Assembly (NCBI RefSeq): GCF_964204645.1 | Contig: NC_134027.1 | Coordinates: forward strand, 15,408,485-15,472,484 | Direction: 5' to 3' | From: Tubulanus polymorphus | Lineage: Eukaryota > Animalia > Nemertea | Length of the DNA stretch: 64,000 bases | Shown here: positions 11,896 to 25,479 of the stretch, one piece after another | Position numbering within the stretch: position 1 is the stretch's first letter | Layout of the letters: every line of letters starts with the position of its first letter | Made by a program: the position numbers and the translations under genes | The notes under the pieces: model-generated | The model's input: the letters and a program-made list of their open reading frames with translations, nothing else | Databases searched by the model: none | What the model was told of the DNA's origin: nothing

Positions 11896-14379
11896 ATGCA
11901 AATTGTCGTAATCTTGGTGGCCATATGGTCGTCGGCATATTGTCTGATACCCTCGACGGTCTTGAGGCCAAACTATGGTGTCGCCTTTCATCGGATTGGA
12001 GGAGTCCATAATGGCGACAGTGCCTGGTTTCACACGTTCGCTATACAGTGGCTAGTTGTTAATGACCCCCCGAGTAAAGGCTTGCGGCTACGCTGTTCTC
12101 TTGTCCAGCCAGAACTTCGTTCTCCCTGCTCCGGCTATTTGGAAATGTTTCGTGAGGCGCATCGCCTACAGCTAGACACGTTGACCCATATCAGGGGACA
12201 ATTGGCTGATATGAGACAAATGATACCTGATGCTGCAGATACCGGCTCACGAAAGAAACGACACGCCAGTGGGCGCAGGGTCAAACGTGCACCACTTTCA
12301 TTTATCGGATCGATTTCGTCTTCCTTGTTCGGTACTGCTACCGTAGATGAAGTTCAGCAAGTAGAAAATCACGTCGTTAAAGTAGAAAAATAGTCAAGTT
12401 GAATTCGGATCAAATCACCCACATACAGGGGACACTCTCTTCATTTATTAACGCGACTGACAAACGAATCAGCAGCCTGACTTCTGCATACGTGGCCAAT
12501 TCAAAAGAACTTAAATCAATTCGAGCGACACTGCTAAAGCAAAGCGTCGATGCGAGTATGCTAGCATTAGCGTCGGACATGACAATAAGAAATATCATCC
12601 TAGTGGAACGACTGACGGCAGTTTCCAGTGAGAAGTTGCAGGGGGTTGAAAAGTTATTGGAGGGATATTTGCCTAGAGCCCTGGTTAATCCAAAAATGGT
12701 TTCGAAGGTTCTTGGCGATGTGTCCGAAAAATCAAATAGGATGCATTCTGGGTTTTCAATAGCTAACAGGGATGTAGGCTTTTATTACATAGTTAAGGAT
12801 GTGTGCTTTACTAAGACCGATAAATTTGTTTACATATCAATCAAAATCCCCTTGCTATCTAGTCAGACATATTTTGATTCATACTCGGTTGTCTTAATGC
12901 CAGTGCCAATAAACGCAACGTCCTATAACACTTCAATGATTGTTGGTACAGCCCCTTATTTTGGCGCTACTAGGGACGGTAGTTACTACACTGAAATGGG
13001 TCACGATATATTTGCTACTTGTCATGGTACCGACGTGATGACTTGCCGGCAGCGCGTGTCCATGCGCGAAATAACCGTGGAATCTTGCCTTAGTAGTCTA
13101 TTCTTCGACAAACCGTCACAGGTGCTGGCGTTATGCCACATACGGTATGAGGTCCAGGGCCTGGTCGAACTGGCAGTCGACGTAGGGGATGGCTACTTTG
13201 TTGTTTCAGGCACTGACGATTTTTGGACTCTCGCCTGCCCTGGCAAGTCACCAAAAGCAATAAAAGCGTTTTTGTTTGGTAAAAATTGGGTGTGCATGTG
13301 CATTGCGTGGATCAAAATTGTTTGTGCCCGGTAGAATTAACAAATGTATTAACCAAGACACGGTGACCATTGCGCACGCTGTTAATTTACCGGTCCTACA
13401 TAGTTTCTTTTCAAAGAATGTAGTGTCCAACGTTACTGGAGCAACAATGTTCCAGGGAACGCCATACGCACCGCTGCCTAGTCTGGATTTCAAAGCTAAT
13501 AACTGGTCAAAAGTGGCTGCGGTGAACACTAAATTTAGCATGGATTTCAAAAAGTTAGCAAGAACCGTTCAAACTGACGCTAAACTGTACCGATCGCAAG
13601 CAGACGCTTTATTTGATCATTCTGAACCTGTTATTTCGTCTGGAACCTGTACAGGGTGGCTCACTTGGCTTGCTATTGGTCTCTCGGCGGGCAGCATGTT
13701 GCTCTCGATATTTGTTTTACTTAAGTCGCAAGGATCCTTATCAATTCTGGGAGCAGGACTTCTTCCGACCGCTGAGGCCATGGTGACTGTTCACCCCGCT
13801 ATTCATGATTTACAGCGAGGGGGCTGGAATAATACAGTCATTCGGGAAGTTGTCATGGCTAAAAATGTGCGCGTCGATGTCGTCCTGTTCTTAGTTATTG
13901 TAGTAGGTATAGTTATAATTGTGTTCAGACCTTTATTGCGTGCTATGTGCTACAGGTGCCGATACTGTTTGCCTGCACCTTGTTCACCGGGAAAATATCC
14001 GGTTAGGCTAGCCATAAGGCTTAAGAATGGAATTCAGACATTGGACTTGCCTCTACTAACATTGTCCGGTTGCGAAACGAGATGTCTTTTTGAGCCTCCA
14101 GCTCTCACTAAAGTCGCGTTACGAGTCATTTGTGGAGTCGCCCGCTTGAACTTAACTTGGCAGGCTAAGCAACTGACTTGTTCGCAGGGAACGATGTACA
14201 ATCTGCCGACTGCTTGCTCGGTGCCCCTACGGGTTAGTCTCTTCACAATGAGACAGCTCGTATCGGTTCCGAGTAAGGTTGTGGTTGTCGCGGTGTATCG
14301 TTCTTTTAGTACTGAATTACGAGCAGCGACTCAGCTGACATGTTTCGTCAGTAGAGCCCGAGATCGTAGTAATAGATGA
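11896..14379 (+). pseudogene. env: env-like class I fusion glycoprotein (baculovirus F/errantivirus type) with C-terminal extension
   Basis: Signal peptide MQIVVILVAIWSSAYC, then NYGVAF, basic sites RKKR and RVKR, and fusion peptide APLSFIGSISSSLFGTAT. Followed by heptads, a Cys-rich region and TM segments. Stop at 12391, frameshift ~13270. Confidence 0.85.
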
Positions 14380-16088
14380 TGAGGCCCAGACTGAACGTGG
14401 GCCCGGTGTACTGGCACTCACAGCTCCTCCTGGTGATGGGCTGTTGCCTCCGGATTATTCGGTAGGAATTCCCAGGAATTCTATGTTGGCTGATACCAGT
14501 ATACTGTATCCATATTTGTATTGAAATTAAAATTTAAATATTATGACGAGGGCGCCCGGGTGCGCTCCGTGTCAAAATTGAATTAGTTGTATTATTAGTC
14601 GTAAGTATAATCTAATTAATAGTTGAATCAGGATGCGTATGTCCTGTTGAATTATCGGAAAGTTTTGATTTATAGTAGTAAGTGATTAAGATATCATTAC
14701 ATAAGAAATATGAAAATTTTGTATCATAATACTTAGTTCGCCAGTGAGTGAACTCATGGCCTGGTCATGAGTTACGGAAATAAGGATAATCGTGACAATT
14801 GCTGATATTAATAATTGTAATTGACATGACATCGGCTTTAGCCTGACTATTAAAGTATCCGGTACTTATTATCGATAGTTTAAAGAAAAGTCATTAATTA
14901 TCATTGCGAAAAAAAAGAAGTTATTGTTAATAATAACAATAAAACAAATACTGTTTGAATAAAAACTGTTTGTTCGTATATGTTTGAATAATCTCTGTAT
15001 TATTATGATATTAATTGTAGGATACCCGTATCGGATGTGTTGGAATGAGACCGCCGAAGATACGATAGCACTAAGATGGAAGAATGCCTTCTTCTGTCAA
15101 CCGCAATAGATGTTGATGGGTACCCCCTGATAGTGACCATATGGAGATGGGGACTTGTTGGGAGGTATCCTGAAACTCTATTCGACGCAACTGATAGTTT
15201 GAAAAACCAGCAACTGGTATGCTCTGGCCGAGATGGGTGATATTAATTCACCGATTCGTCAATTAACGAGGAAAAAGGAACAACTATATACAGCCTACAA
15301 CAACGATCTAGGGCGTTGCCGTTTCAACGGGATGGAATCATGCTCGATGATTAGTCATGCGATTCTGGCCATTGTTAGTGGTGTTTGTCACTCTCGAAGA
15401 CCTGTTATATACTCACAAACTTAGTGATGAAGGGTGGACAAAGACACCTGGCCAATGGAATACGAAATGTGAAGAAAAGTGATAATTTCCGTAGACATTT
15501 TAGCGGAGTAAAGCCGAGTGTGTTCAAGATGGCTCCCGTGTAGTTACATTAACATTCGATGGAATGTTGTTCGCTCAAGCCGTAAGATGCGAATGCATTA
15601 CTGTTATATACTAGCTGTGGAGAAAAGACTTCGATATTCACCATAGAACTGTAACGTCTATGTGTACCAGTGAGCGTGTATTAGTAAAGAAAGAATGCGG
15701 ATTGCCGTACTGAACGATTTAGCGGTATGAGTTGCGGGAACTGCGGTGGATGACGTCATTCGTCCGTCCATGACGTACCTTGTTGTGTCTGGTAGCTGTT
15801 GCGTTACTTCGCGGTAAATTCTAAACTCAAACTGTGAACTGTTTTGTGCTTAACTTTCGACTGTTTAGTGTGCGGGGACAGCGGTCTCGAATGAACTTTT
15901 TTCCGATTGGGTATCCAGAACTTTAAATGCGGTTTTATGATAAACTATATCATGAACTTTAATATGCGTTGTAGTGTCGAACTCTAAGAAATAGTTACTC
16001 GTTATAATGAATTGTTTACTAATGTTCTTTTTCAGGATTTGTTCTAGAGGTATCAGCGGGATATTCACGAGTTGGTTCAAATTCAAAA

Positions 16089-16119
16089 TTTCGGGACGAA
16101 ATTTAAACTGGATAGGGAC
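16089..16119 (+). promoter_or_regulatory. Polypurine-tract region before the 3' LTR
   Basis: tttcgggacgaaattt...ggatagggac immediately followed by TGTTG. The GGGACGAAA-type motif is typical of gypsy 3' ends. Confidence 0.65.
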
Positions 16120-17389
16120 TGTTGATCCACAGCTAGATTTTCGTAGTATTTGAAAATGTTCGTAGTATTTAGAAATGTTCTTAATGTTGTTTCCGTATGC
16201 GTGGGGGTTACGTTAAAGCCGTCAGACAAGAACGTACTAGTAGTAAGAATTACGAAAGTTCTTGTTTGATGCTTTCATCTACCAACGCAAACCATAAATC
16301 AGTCTATAAACAACAATTCTTTCTCGGTTCTTCTGCTGTGAGATCTGGCAAACATTCAGAAAATCTTTATATAAAACTTTTAAATAGTTGGAACCATATT
16401 TGGTTGGGTCGGAACAATGGAGTGTATTTATAATGAGGCTCGTGAAGGGATCACGCTGATACTTGATGATATTCCCGGCTACTTTCCGTAAAAGGAAAAA
16501 CCGGAAGTTTAGGAAGATGTGGTTGTTTTGCTTATCCTGTATTAAAATAGAATTAGTTAAATTGTAGATAAAATAATTAGTATAAGTATTTCAAATAATT
16601 TAAGAATTGATAATCAATCACAATGTATTCCGAATCGTAGTTAATTATAATAATTAAAAAAGAAACAATGAATTTGTACTGTAATTAGAAAAGAAAACAA
16701 AGTTTTGAAAAGATATTTAATTTGAGTAATCTAGATGTTGTTTAAGAACAAATTGTTAATAATCGCTAATGTTTCAGAAAAATTAATTTGTGTTGAATGT
16801 TAAAACTAGCTGTCTGAAGTTTCTGTTGTCTGTATGCGCTCGTTGGTAATTCACAGACAATAGCTGCTCTCTCAACAACGACTAGCAAGGAGTGAGTAAA
16901 TCACAACGCGTCATGACAGGAAGGTTGGAAGAAAAAGTTTATATCAGCAAATCAGTTTCTAAAAAACCTTTAGATCAGCAAATCAGTAGGGCTAAATTTT
17001 CCGTAACTAAAAACGGTCATGACAGTTGGGTAGCTGCTCCTTGCCAAAAGGCGGAAGACCCTGCGTGGGAGAATCGGAATTCTGAGAATGCCGGTTCTTT
17101 CTACAAAAGGGGGCCGCTATCGAGAGAGAAGAGAGAATCTGTACCTTAGTAAGACGAGTGTCGACAGCAGGACAGGAGAAGCTTCGGAACGATAGGGATT
17201 CATATACAATAGGGATTAGGAAAATCATTCATTGTTCAAGATAAATAAAATATATTATCTTCAAGATTATCATCCGGTATTTCAATTTATTCATTCGGAT
17301 TTGTGCACGGACACGTTCTCTCGCCAGGGCCTTACTCAAGTATTTTATAGATAACGATTAAAGAGAGGATTGTGACCGGTGTATCAATA
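16120..17389 (+). repeat. 3' LTR of the gypsy-env element
   Basis: Starts TGTTGAT after the PPT and ends ATCAATA (inverted repeat with one mismatch). AATAAA at ~17243. The right boundary is inferred because no second LTR is available. Confidence 0.55.
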
Positions 17390-18379
17390 CTCTTCCGAAA
17401 TTATATTAGTATGTTTAGAATGAATTTTATCCGATATTTTTATAACAATGTTTTTCTCTCTCTCTCTCTCTCTCCGTAAATTCCGGACGTTTTCTGGGTG
17501 CTAACGTTCAGTGGCCAGTAGGCTGAATTGTATTTTCTCTTATTTCATAAATCACAATGCTTATAAACTAAAACTGAAATGAATTGAAACTGAGTTCGGT
17601 TAGAAGTATAAACCTCCTAATTAACTTTCGGAATTATATATAAAAGAGTGAAGAGTGAAACATCAACCCTTATACCGAATACACTTGTATAAATGAGAAA
17701 ATGCACACTAGGACAATGGCTAATTTGCGACCTTAAAATGAAAGAAAGACTCGAATTTCTTTTATCACACGCGACACGCGAATCTCCTAATTACTCTAGT
17801 AATGAGAGCAAACTTCAGACGAATTAAATGTATCAGCTTTATAATTGAATGATGATTATGTACGCGTAACTTCAATGATTTGTATCGATCGGTAAATGAA
17901 ATTTCCATTTTAAGAATGCATTTATCAAATTACGTCCATTGAAAATGAAATTAGCTAAACTCGAGCCATATTACTATTTAGATTTATCGCAGTTGTCTTG
18001 TGAAAATTTATAACCAATCTTTATATAGTCCCCTGTAAAATCTAAACTCAATTTCTATATTATACACGTGATTTAATAACGATTTCTCAACCTCGTGTTT
18101 ATTCTATAATGAGAAGCGCACTGATTAAATCTGATTTCAACAGATTGTCGAAAAAGTTACAGCAATTTACTGTTAGAGAAAGAAAATACTAAATCTATTA
18201 AGTTTTCTAAAATTATATGTAAGTGTCATACCATCTCATGCTCTAGGATATTGTGTATCGTAACATTTGAAATTCCTAAATCTACCTGGCTTCATTGGGT
18301 ACTGTTTTTTAAAAAGAAAAACAAATAACACCCAACGCACCAATACCTATAATTCTAAAAGTTCAGGTTATAACGTTTA

Positions 18380-18680
18380 GAATATTCCTCCCTAAGTCAA
18401 TACTTTGAATATAAGACCAGAAGGTAAAATTCTCTTCGTTGGACTTTTGGAGGAATCGTTTGAATATCGGACCCCTTGGTCGAGTGTCCATCGATTGACA
18501 TTGGGAGGAATGTTCCTCCCAAAGTCGATACTTTGAATATCAGAACTGAAGGTCAAATTCTCTTCGTTTGACCTTGGGAGGAATATTCCTCAAAAAGTCA
18601 ATTGTTTGAATATCATACCCCTTGGTCAAGTTTCCATCGATTGACTTTGGGAGGAATATTCCTCCCGCAGTCAATTTTCA
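18380..18680. repeat. Degenerate tandem repeat with internal inverted motifs
   Basis: Recurring ggaggaatattcctcc palindrome, tttgaatatc, aattctcttcgtt and ccccttggtc...ccatcgattgac units. Confidence 0.75.
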
Positions 18681-20979
18681 CAATAGCGGTCCTCTTAATT
18701 GGTGATTATCAATGAACGTGCGGCTCATATTTCTATTGTGTGCCTATCCGGTGTAACGCGCGACACGCTTCCATAATCTTATCTGTAAATGTGAAGACCT
18801 CGGGGGCATTATGTTCTCTAAAGCCCGACATTATCCCACATTCGGGACTGTGAATGGGTTGATTTTACGGCTGAGTCGACATGTTTCAACAATTTTTAAC
18901 TGTTCATTTTTGAATATTTGAAGACACAAAACATTTGAGACTGCGTTCCGACTCAACTTTTCAGGATGAGTCGGTAGGTAGGTAGAATTTGTTTTGCAAA
19001 TTTTTAGGGCAAAAAAAAAAATTTATCACCTTTTTTAAATGGGAACAATGTCGCAGAAATCATCTACGTTGTGCACGGGAAATTTGACTAATAGCGTAGA
19101 TTTCGAGAATTATTCTAAAATCATAACTTCGTCCAGAGCGTCATCCGGCTCTGTGTTAAAAATGAAACAGTTCATTGAATATGTGCGCGCTTTTACGTTA
19201 CCAGCTTTAATAAAGTTACTATGAGAATGAATGGCAGCTCATTGGAACACTGCCAGTTTCCTGGAAAACTTAAATTAGGCCACATGTCAAGGCATGTTTT
19301 CACACGATGCACACTTGAATTCAAACATACGTAGCTCATACGTCGGCAGTGTGTCGGTCGGTCGGCCGTTTTTATAAAAAAAAAAAAATTATTTCAATGA
19401 ATCCCAGAAAAAACTTTTCACTTGGTACCTTTGAAGTCGGGTCGTTCGGGTTACGGCAAACAGACTATTGGGATGGCCTAAAATTCATATGATGTCACAT
19501 ATCAGAGGGTGGCTGAATATTGGGTCTTGGAAACCTCTTCCAATGTCGGCCGCGGAAGTTGAAATACCGGTACAGAAGAAATAGGCTATTAGATCGTTTT
19601 AAATCCCACGAATGCACGCATCGGCAGCCCCCAGAGCCATTCCGAGAGGCTGCATTTGGGCCTGCCTATCTGCCAGTAACCTATCTGTGGTATGGAACCA
19701 TTCTGAAAAAACGGCGCAATGGGCCTGTCCCCCATCAAGAACCATTCTGAGACGCTGCGTATGGGCAAGCAACACGGTCAGAACATATCGCTAAGTCCAA
19801 TCATATTAATTTTGATCCAAAGATTACGTGTGATGAATGTCTTAACCAATGTTTAAACAACTGAGGCACAAATCAGTGGTGAGCGAACTGTGTCATGTAC
19901 TGTTTTGGTGCTGCGTTGTGTATCTTAAGTCGGTCAGGTCAGTAAATTACTATAGTACATGTACTACTACAGAAGCATGGTACGGTACTTTACTGTTAGA
20001 TGGCGAACACATCTTTTTTAACCGAATTTTAGCCCAGGCTTAGAATGAATATTGTGACTCTCTCGGACCACCATTCTGTTTGAAACATGAAACTATTTTC
20101 ATGTCAAACGTGCACGCGTTACAGCATCACCTTTAGTAGTGTACTGTACGAGCTTGTGTATTTCGTGTAGCACTCCGCGCGCACGTGGAGGCCTCGTGTA
20201 AGTAAATGTTCGCTTACACTTACAATGTCAATCAATCAAAACAATCACCGGGTATTAAAATGAAACAATACCTATGGCGGATGTGTGAAATAATTACATC
20301 CTCACCAGCAATGAGCATTTGAAATTCGTACGTAAACGGACCTAGTCAAATGATACGTACGCCATTCTAGGGCTTTCCCATAATTATTTTAGTAGCGCCG
20401 GAATTCCCCGTTTATCTTAAAAACAGCCAATTCTATTCGCTCGTAGAGACGACGCCCCCCAATCGAGGTCATTGCAATTTTAAACGCGAGAGCTAAGAAT
20501 TTTCCCGCCAAAAACAGTTTTTCGTAGAATTTTAACTCAGTTGATCATGTCATCGACGGAGGTTCGCCATGTCTTCAATCGCATCGATTATACGTCGTTT
20601 AAGCCGAGAACCAATGAAACAAATGCTCACATAAAAAACGTACCACGATTTTACATGAATTGGCTCAATGCCAACATCATATCGCTGACAAAGGTAAACC
20701 AAAAAAATACGGACATAAATGATGAATTAAGTTACCATATCTACATCAACATCAAAGGTAACAAGACATGTTCAAATTTGTTACGGAGTATATTTTACGT
20801 CACTGATATCAACAAGACCATACTGAATGATTTGTGTACAATACACTGTGGTTGGTGTACCTAAGATAGCTAACTTCTCTGTGGTACCCCACGGAAATAG
20901 GAAAAATAGAAGTAAGTCATTTTATCCCTGCAAGAAATCTACACGGGAAAAAATTGGAGAAATGGTAGTTGAAGATAGG

Positions 20980-21470
20980 GCTACAGCTCAGAAAAATACG
21001 TCTATTCTTGTGAAAATCGCTTTGGACAAGAGACCGATAAGAGAATCGAACGAGAGAAGAATTGGAGAAATCCGCGATGTGATGAATTGGTTCAATGCAT
21101 GGGAAGTTATCGAACCTTCAAAAAAAAGCGAATGTTATTGTCTCCAGAGAAGACTTTAACTCGTCGATCGAAGGTTTTAAGTGGTAAGTACACATCTTCA
21201 AAAAAAAAACTAACAATAGAACCATGAGACTATTGATTCCTTCCAAGAAATGCTTTCTTCTAATAAGTCAAACTTTACTGTGAATTGAAAGATGAAACAA
21301 ATCCCTAATTTTTACAGCATATCCAAGACATCGATAAATCCAAGCCGTGTTAACAGTGACAGTATCGAAAACCACTTCTTACATCAACATGGAAAACGAC
21401 ATGGAAATAAAACAAACCCGACTTACTACGATTACATGAAAGCTGAGAATGCCATTATATTAACAGAGAA
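20980..21470 (+). pseudogene. P-element/THAP9-like transposase C-terminal remnant
   Basis: DKRPI...MNWFNAWE and INPSRVNSDSIENHF...GNKTNPTY resemble the P-family QD.lE..F...G...NP motif. Apparent intron from gtaagt 21184 to tttacag 21317. Confidence 0.55.
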
Positions 21471-21590
21471 CGAGAAAAAGTCGTTTTATCGCGCGATAAA
21501 ACGAACCTTTGCGCGATAAAACGAAAATTACCGCGTTAAAACGAGAAAAAGTCGTTTTATTGCGCGATAAAACGAGAAAAAGTTGTTTTA
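21468..21590. repeat. Short tandem repeat (aacgagaaaaagtcgttttat / gcgcgataaaacg)
   Basis: Three to four imperfect copies visible. Confidence 0.75.
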
Positions 21591-22215
21591 TGCACAACTT
21601 GGGCGTTTTTCATCATTGCACCTTCACAATTGGGTCATACGATGATAGAATGCAGCAGACGCTTTACAATCTTTCGGGGTCATTTCCTTCATACCTTTAT
21701 ACATATGGCCAGCTATATTTATGCACGGCGAAAGACTATAAATGATGTCATCTTTTCTCAATTCGGAGAACATTCCAGGTATTATGTTTTAAATCTTTAT
21801 ATTCATTTCCACCCTTTTTTATCTCGGTCCATAAACAATTAGGTATATTACCCTATCATTCCTGATAGTCCATGGTGTAATTCGACAGCTCTTTAATGAT
21901 GTATTCACAAATAAAGAGATATGCAATTCGTTATCTGGTTTTTTTGGACTTCAAATGAGGTAAGATTCTGTTTTTGAGTAAACTAGTTCCTACGGAAGCG
22001 ATGGGGCCTCGCGTCAAGTCGATATGAATATGTTGATATATCTTGCGTTTTGACGACATATCTTGCTATTCTGACCAGGTCGAACGTACTTTCTTGTAAA
22101 ATTTATAGTGAGCGTACCTTGAAACGGCGTTTGCAAGGAATGGGGTTGAAAAGAAACAAGAATTTCTGTTTGAATACTGCAGTTGCGGCTGACTAGGTAA
22201 AGTGCCATACAGTCG

Positions 22216-22334
<119 letters not shown>

Positions 22335-23569
22335 GCTGTGCAAGAATTCCAGCGATTTCTGGAGATCGGATAATCGGATGTCGGATTTCTCCTTGCCTCC
22401 AAATGTAGAATTGTTGAATCAAATTTTTTGCCTTCCTCTAGTCCAATATGTTTTTGAGACATCTAAAAATCAAATTTTAAGTGACACTTAATCCTCGCCA
22501 AAGATTTAATCAAGCTAATCTGGGATTTCTTCGCTTAATTTCTTTTAAATACAATCAACTCCGGTAATCCGCCATTCACGGCAACTGTCGAGTAAAACCT
22601 TAGTCCTAAATAAGTTAATGCTTTTAGTTTCCAATCTTCCGTCAAATTCCATATCCGCCATTCACCACACAATTGAAAATTTCACAATTGTGGAGGTCCC
22701 GATAGTGGCTGATAACTGGGAGTTGACAGTAATTTTGAAAATCTAAGCGTATACATCCAAGTAGCATGCACTCAGATTATCTGAATTCTACATGTTCCCA
22801 TTGCAAGAAATATAAATACTGTATGCTCAGGAAACGTATACAATCTTCCATGATTAAAATCGGCGGCACGGATCACAACGTCTTATCAAAACTTCTCGTT
22901 GACTACAGAGACCAGCTATCGTCTAGCGATGAATATAAAATGCTGTTTGACATGCAAAACGAACAATATGTATAATATCCCTCAGTCAGACTTTCACTGA
23001 TTTGGCTACAAAGTTTAGGTCGCCTAGTTAATCATGCAATAAGTCCGGAAAAGATAAGTGAATATTTACTCCAGTGCTTCATCAATGAAACATTGTGGTA
23101 AATACATTCAAGTTCTACAGAACATTTCGTCTTTTGGGTCCTGAACTTAGTAGCTTATTTGTGAAAGTCTTTAAATAGTATAGTAGCACAACTTTTTTCT
23201 GGTTCTGCTTATCTGCATCTAACAACTGTTCGGACAGATGATTTCTGCCAAATGGCTTCCAGCTAGTTTTTGATGGATAGGAAGTGACTTTCTACTGTCC
23301 CATTCGTACGCTGCAATCCAGTGTTGCCAGATTATTCTGTGACCTCCACTTTGCAGTGATCCCTTTTGGTTTTCTTTCCACTGTTCAATAAATTATTTAT
23401 CTATTTGATGAGATGCTTTTTGAAGTAGAAAACAGAGCCCCGCACCAGGTAGTATTTGATATAACGTCATAAGGTAAGAACATGAATTGCCACCTAACGA
23501 CGAAAGTCTTAGTTTAAATGAAAATAAGAGCTTATAAATAGCTTATAAAAAGAATTCACATATGTTATG

Positions 23570-23937
23570 CGTAATTCACATATGTTATGAGTGTGAATAA
23601 CACACATTACATGCTTGAAAGGCCTGAAAGACACAAAAACAGATGTGATTTCAGCCATCACGTGTTGTCTGTGTTGTGGAGCCCATCACATGTGTGAAAA
23701 ACACATGATCACACGTGTGATTGTGAAATACATGTGTGATTCACACATGTGATTGGCTCAACAACACAGATCACACGTGTAACCGCTGGCATCACACATG
23801 TCATAGAATAACATGTGATAAACATCAGTTATTCCAATCTGCATCACGTGTGATTGTACATGATGTGATCAAATCGGATATGAACCATTCCCATGTTGGT
23901 TCTGAATTCTGGACATCTGCATTTTTGTCATAGGGTC
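23570..23937. repeat. CACRTG-rich repetitive segment, probably a non-autonomous DNA transposon remnant
   Basis: Many tcacatgtg/cacacgtg units, ending ...tttttgtcataggg. No matching left terminus found. Confidence 0.5.
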
Positions 23938-25479
23938 CATTTCGGAATAAGAATATTTCCATAACTGTACTCATTATTTCACCATTTTCAACACGTACGT
24001 GGTTATATTTTATGCCGAGCCTACTGTGCAAAAACCTAGTACAAATGTCCATTCCTAAAGAGTTTGTATTTTCATTCGGCTTAATTAATAAAATAAGGTT
24101 ATTATATACTTTTGCATTCGCTGTTGAGTTTTGAAGAAATATAAATATTCAAAAACGACTTCGAAAAATTATCAGGTATTTACGGGATTCGAACCGTTCA
24201 CGACGGCTAGCAAAGGACTCGGAATGAGAATGCAGGCAAACACGGCGCCATTTGCAATTATTTCGAGGATAGTCGTTGCCGTTTTTAGTCAATTTTCATG
24301 GTAAATTTCTTAGTTCGAACAGTCTGGTGTTTGAATTCAAGCTCTAAAGCAAGTATTATTGTGTTTCATCGAATATCTATCGTCGACGATGATGATTGGA
24401 TTTACTGTAATCGGTAAAATCTGTGGCGTGTACTGAATCAATTAAATCAAATTCATCAAAACTTTATTTGATGCATGGCAAAGTACAACATGTCCATGCC
24501 TAACTTTTTCAAGTAGGCCTAGATAACACCATGAACTCTTTGTAAATCACAATCCGTCCAGTTATGAAAAAGACGATCGTTTGCATACTATACTAATGAT
24601 TCCTTAACATTGAACTGAATGATCAACCGGTATTGAACAGTATTTGCCAATTCTTTCTACATATGAATTAATCACTTACAAATGAAAATGGAATTTTCCA
24701 TTTTTAATTTAGGGAGTGAGTACATTTCCTTGAGTAGTGATTTATGTACATGAAAAATGAAACGTATACTTTCAGCCGGAACAAATTACTGAAAAAGAGG
24801 TCAAGAGTCCTGTTATGGTAGGTGTTACCAGATGATTGATATTAGGGATATTGATTCATTGTTTTATTGTTCGGAATTGTGTGTAATATTAAAAGGTTTT
24901 ATAAATTTGTCTCATTCCAGATCATGTTCTGAAGTATAGATCGGGGGTTACCGCGGCCGAAATTAGAAAGAAGATTGGACAAAACCAGAAACAGTATAAA
25001 TCGGCGAAGTAAATCTGTAAATATTTGAAAATAAAAATCCCATTATAACATGTACACAAGTGAGTTATTACATTGTCATAGTTGTCAGGCCTTGGTTAAA
25101 ATCGAGACTCATCATCACGTTTGACGAGTGAAAATCAATACTTTTTTAATCAAATGCACAAACCATCAACAAGTGTCACGCCGAAACTTGAGTCCCATAT
25201 AAAGTTCATGATAATGATTTCTTAACACAACTACTATATTAAAACAAAACTGGAATTACATAGAATGTTTGACACTATATAAAGAATATATGCTGATACA
25301 TGTACCAGTATCTTTCGAAAAAACACAACTATGAAGATGCTTCAATCTTTAAAATTATACCGTTAATTGCAATGATCATTAAAACCAGAATCTACAATGT
25401 AAATACTGTCTGAACAATATGGAACTTAAAAATCTACATCCATTAATAAAAAAATCAAATAGGCAGTACAAGATAATGA

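Larger units (their letters stand above)
6713..17389 (+). mobile_element. Ty3/gypsy LTR retrotransposon with chromodomain integrase and env (5' LTR and most of gag missing; decayed)
   Basis: PR-RT-RH-IN domain order, then env ORF, PPT and 3' LTR. Multiple frameshifts and stops. Confidence 0.93.

Noticed and set aside
7947-14379. Programmed frameshifts or readthrough in pol and env
   Set aside because: Breaks are numerous and fall inside conserved domains, which fits decay or sequencing error.
24180-24220. tRNA gene (GGTTCGAATCCC B-box on the minus strand)
   Set aside because: No cloverleaf or acceptor stem. At most a SINE remnant.
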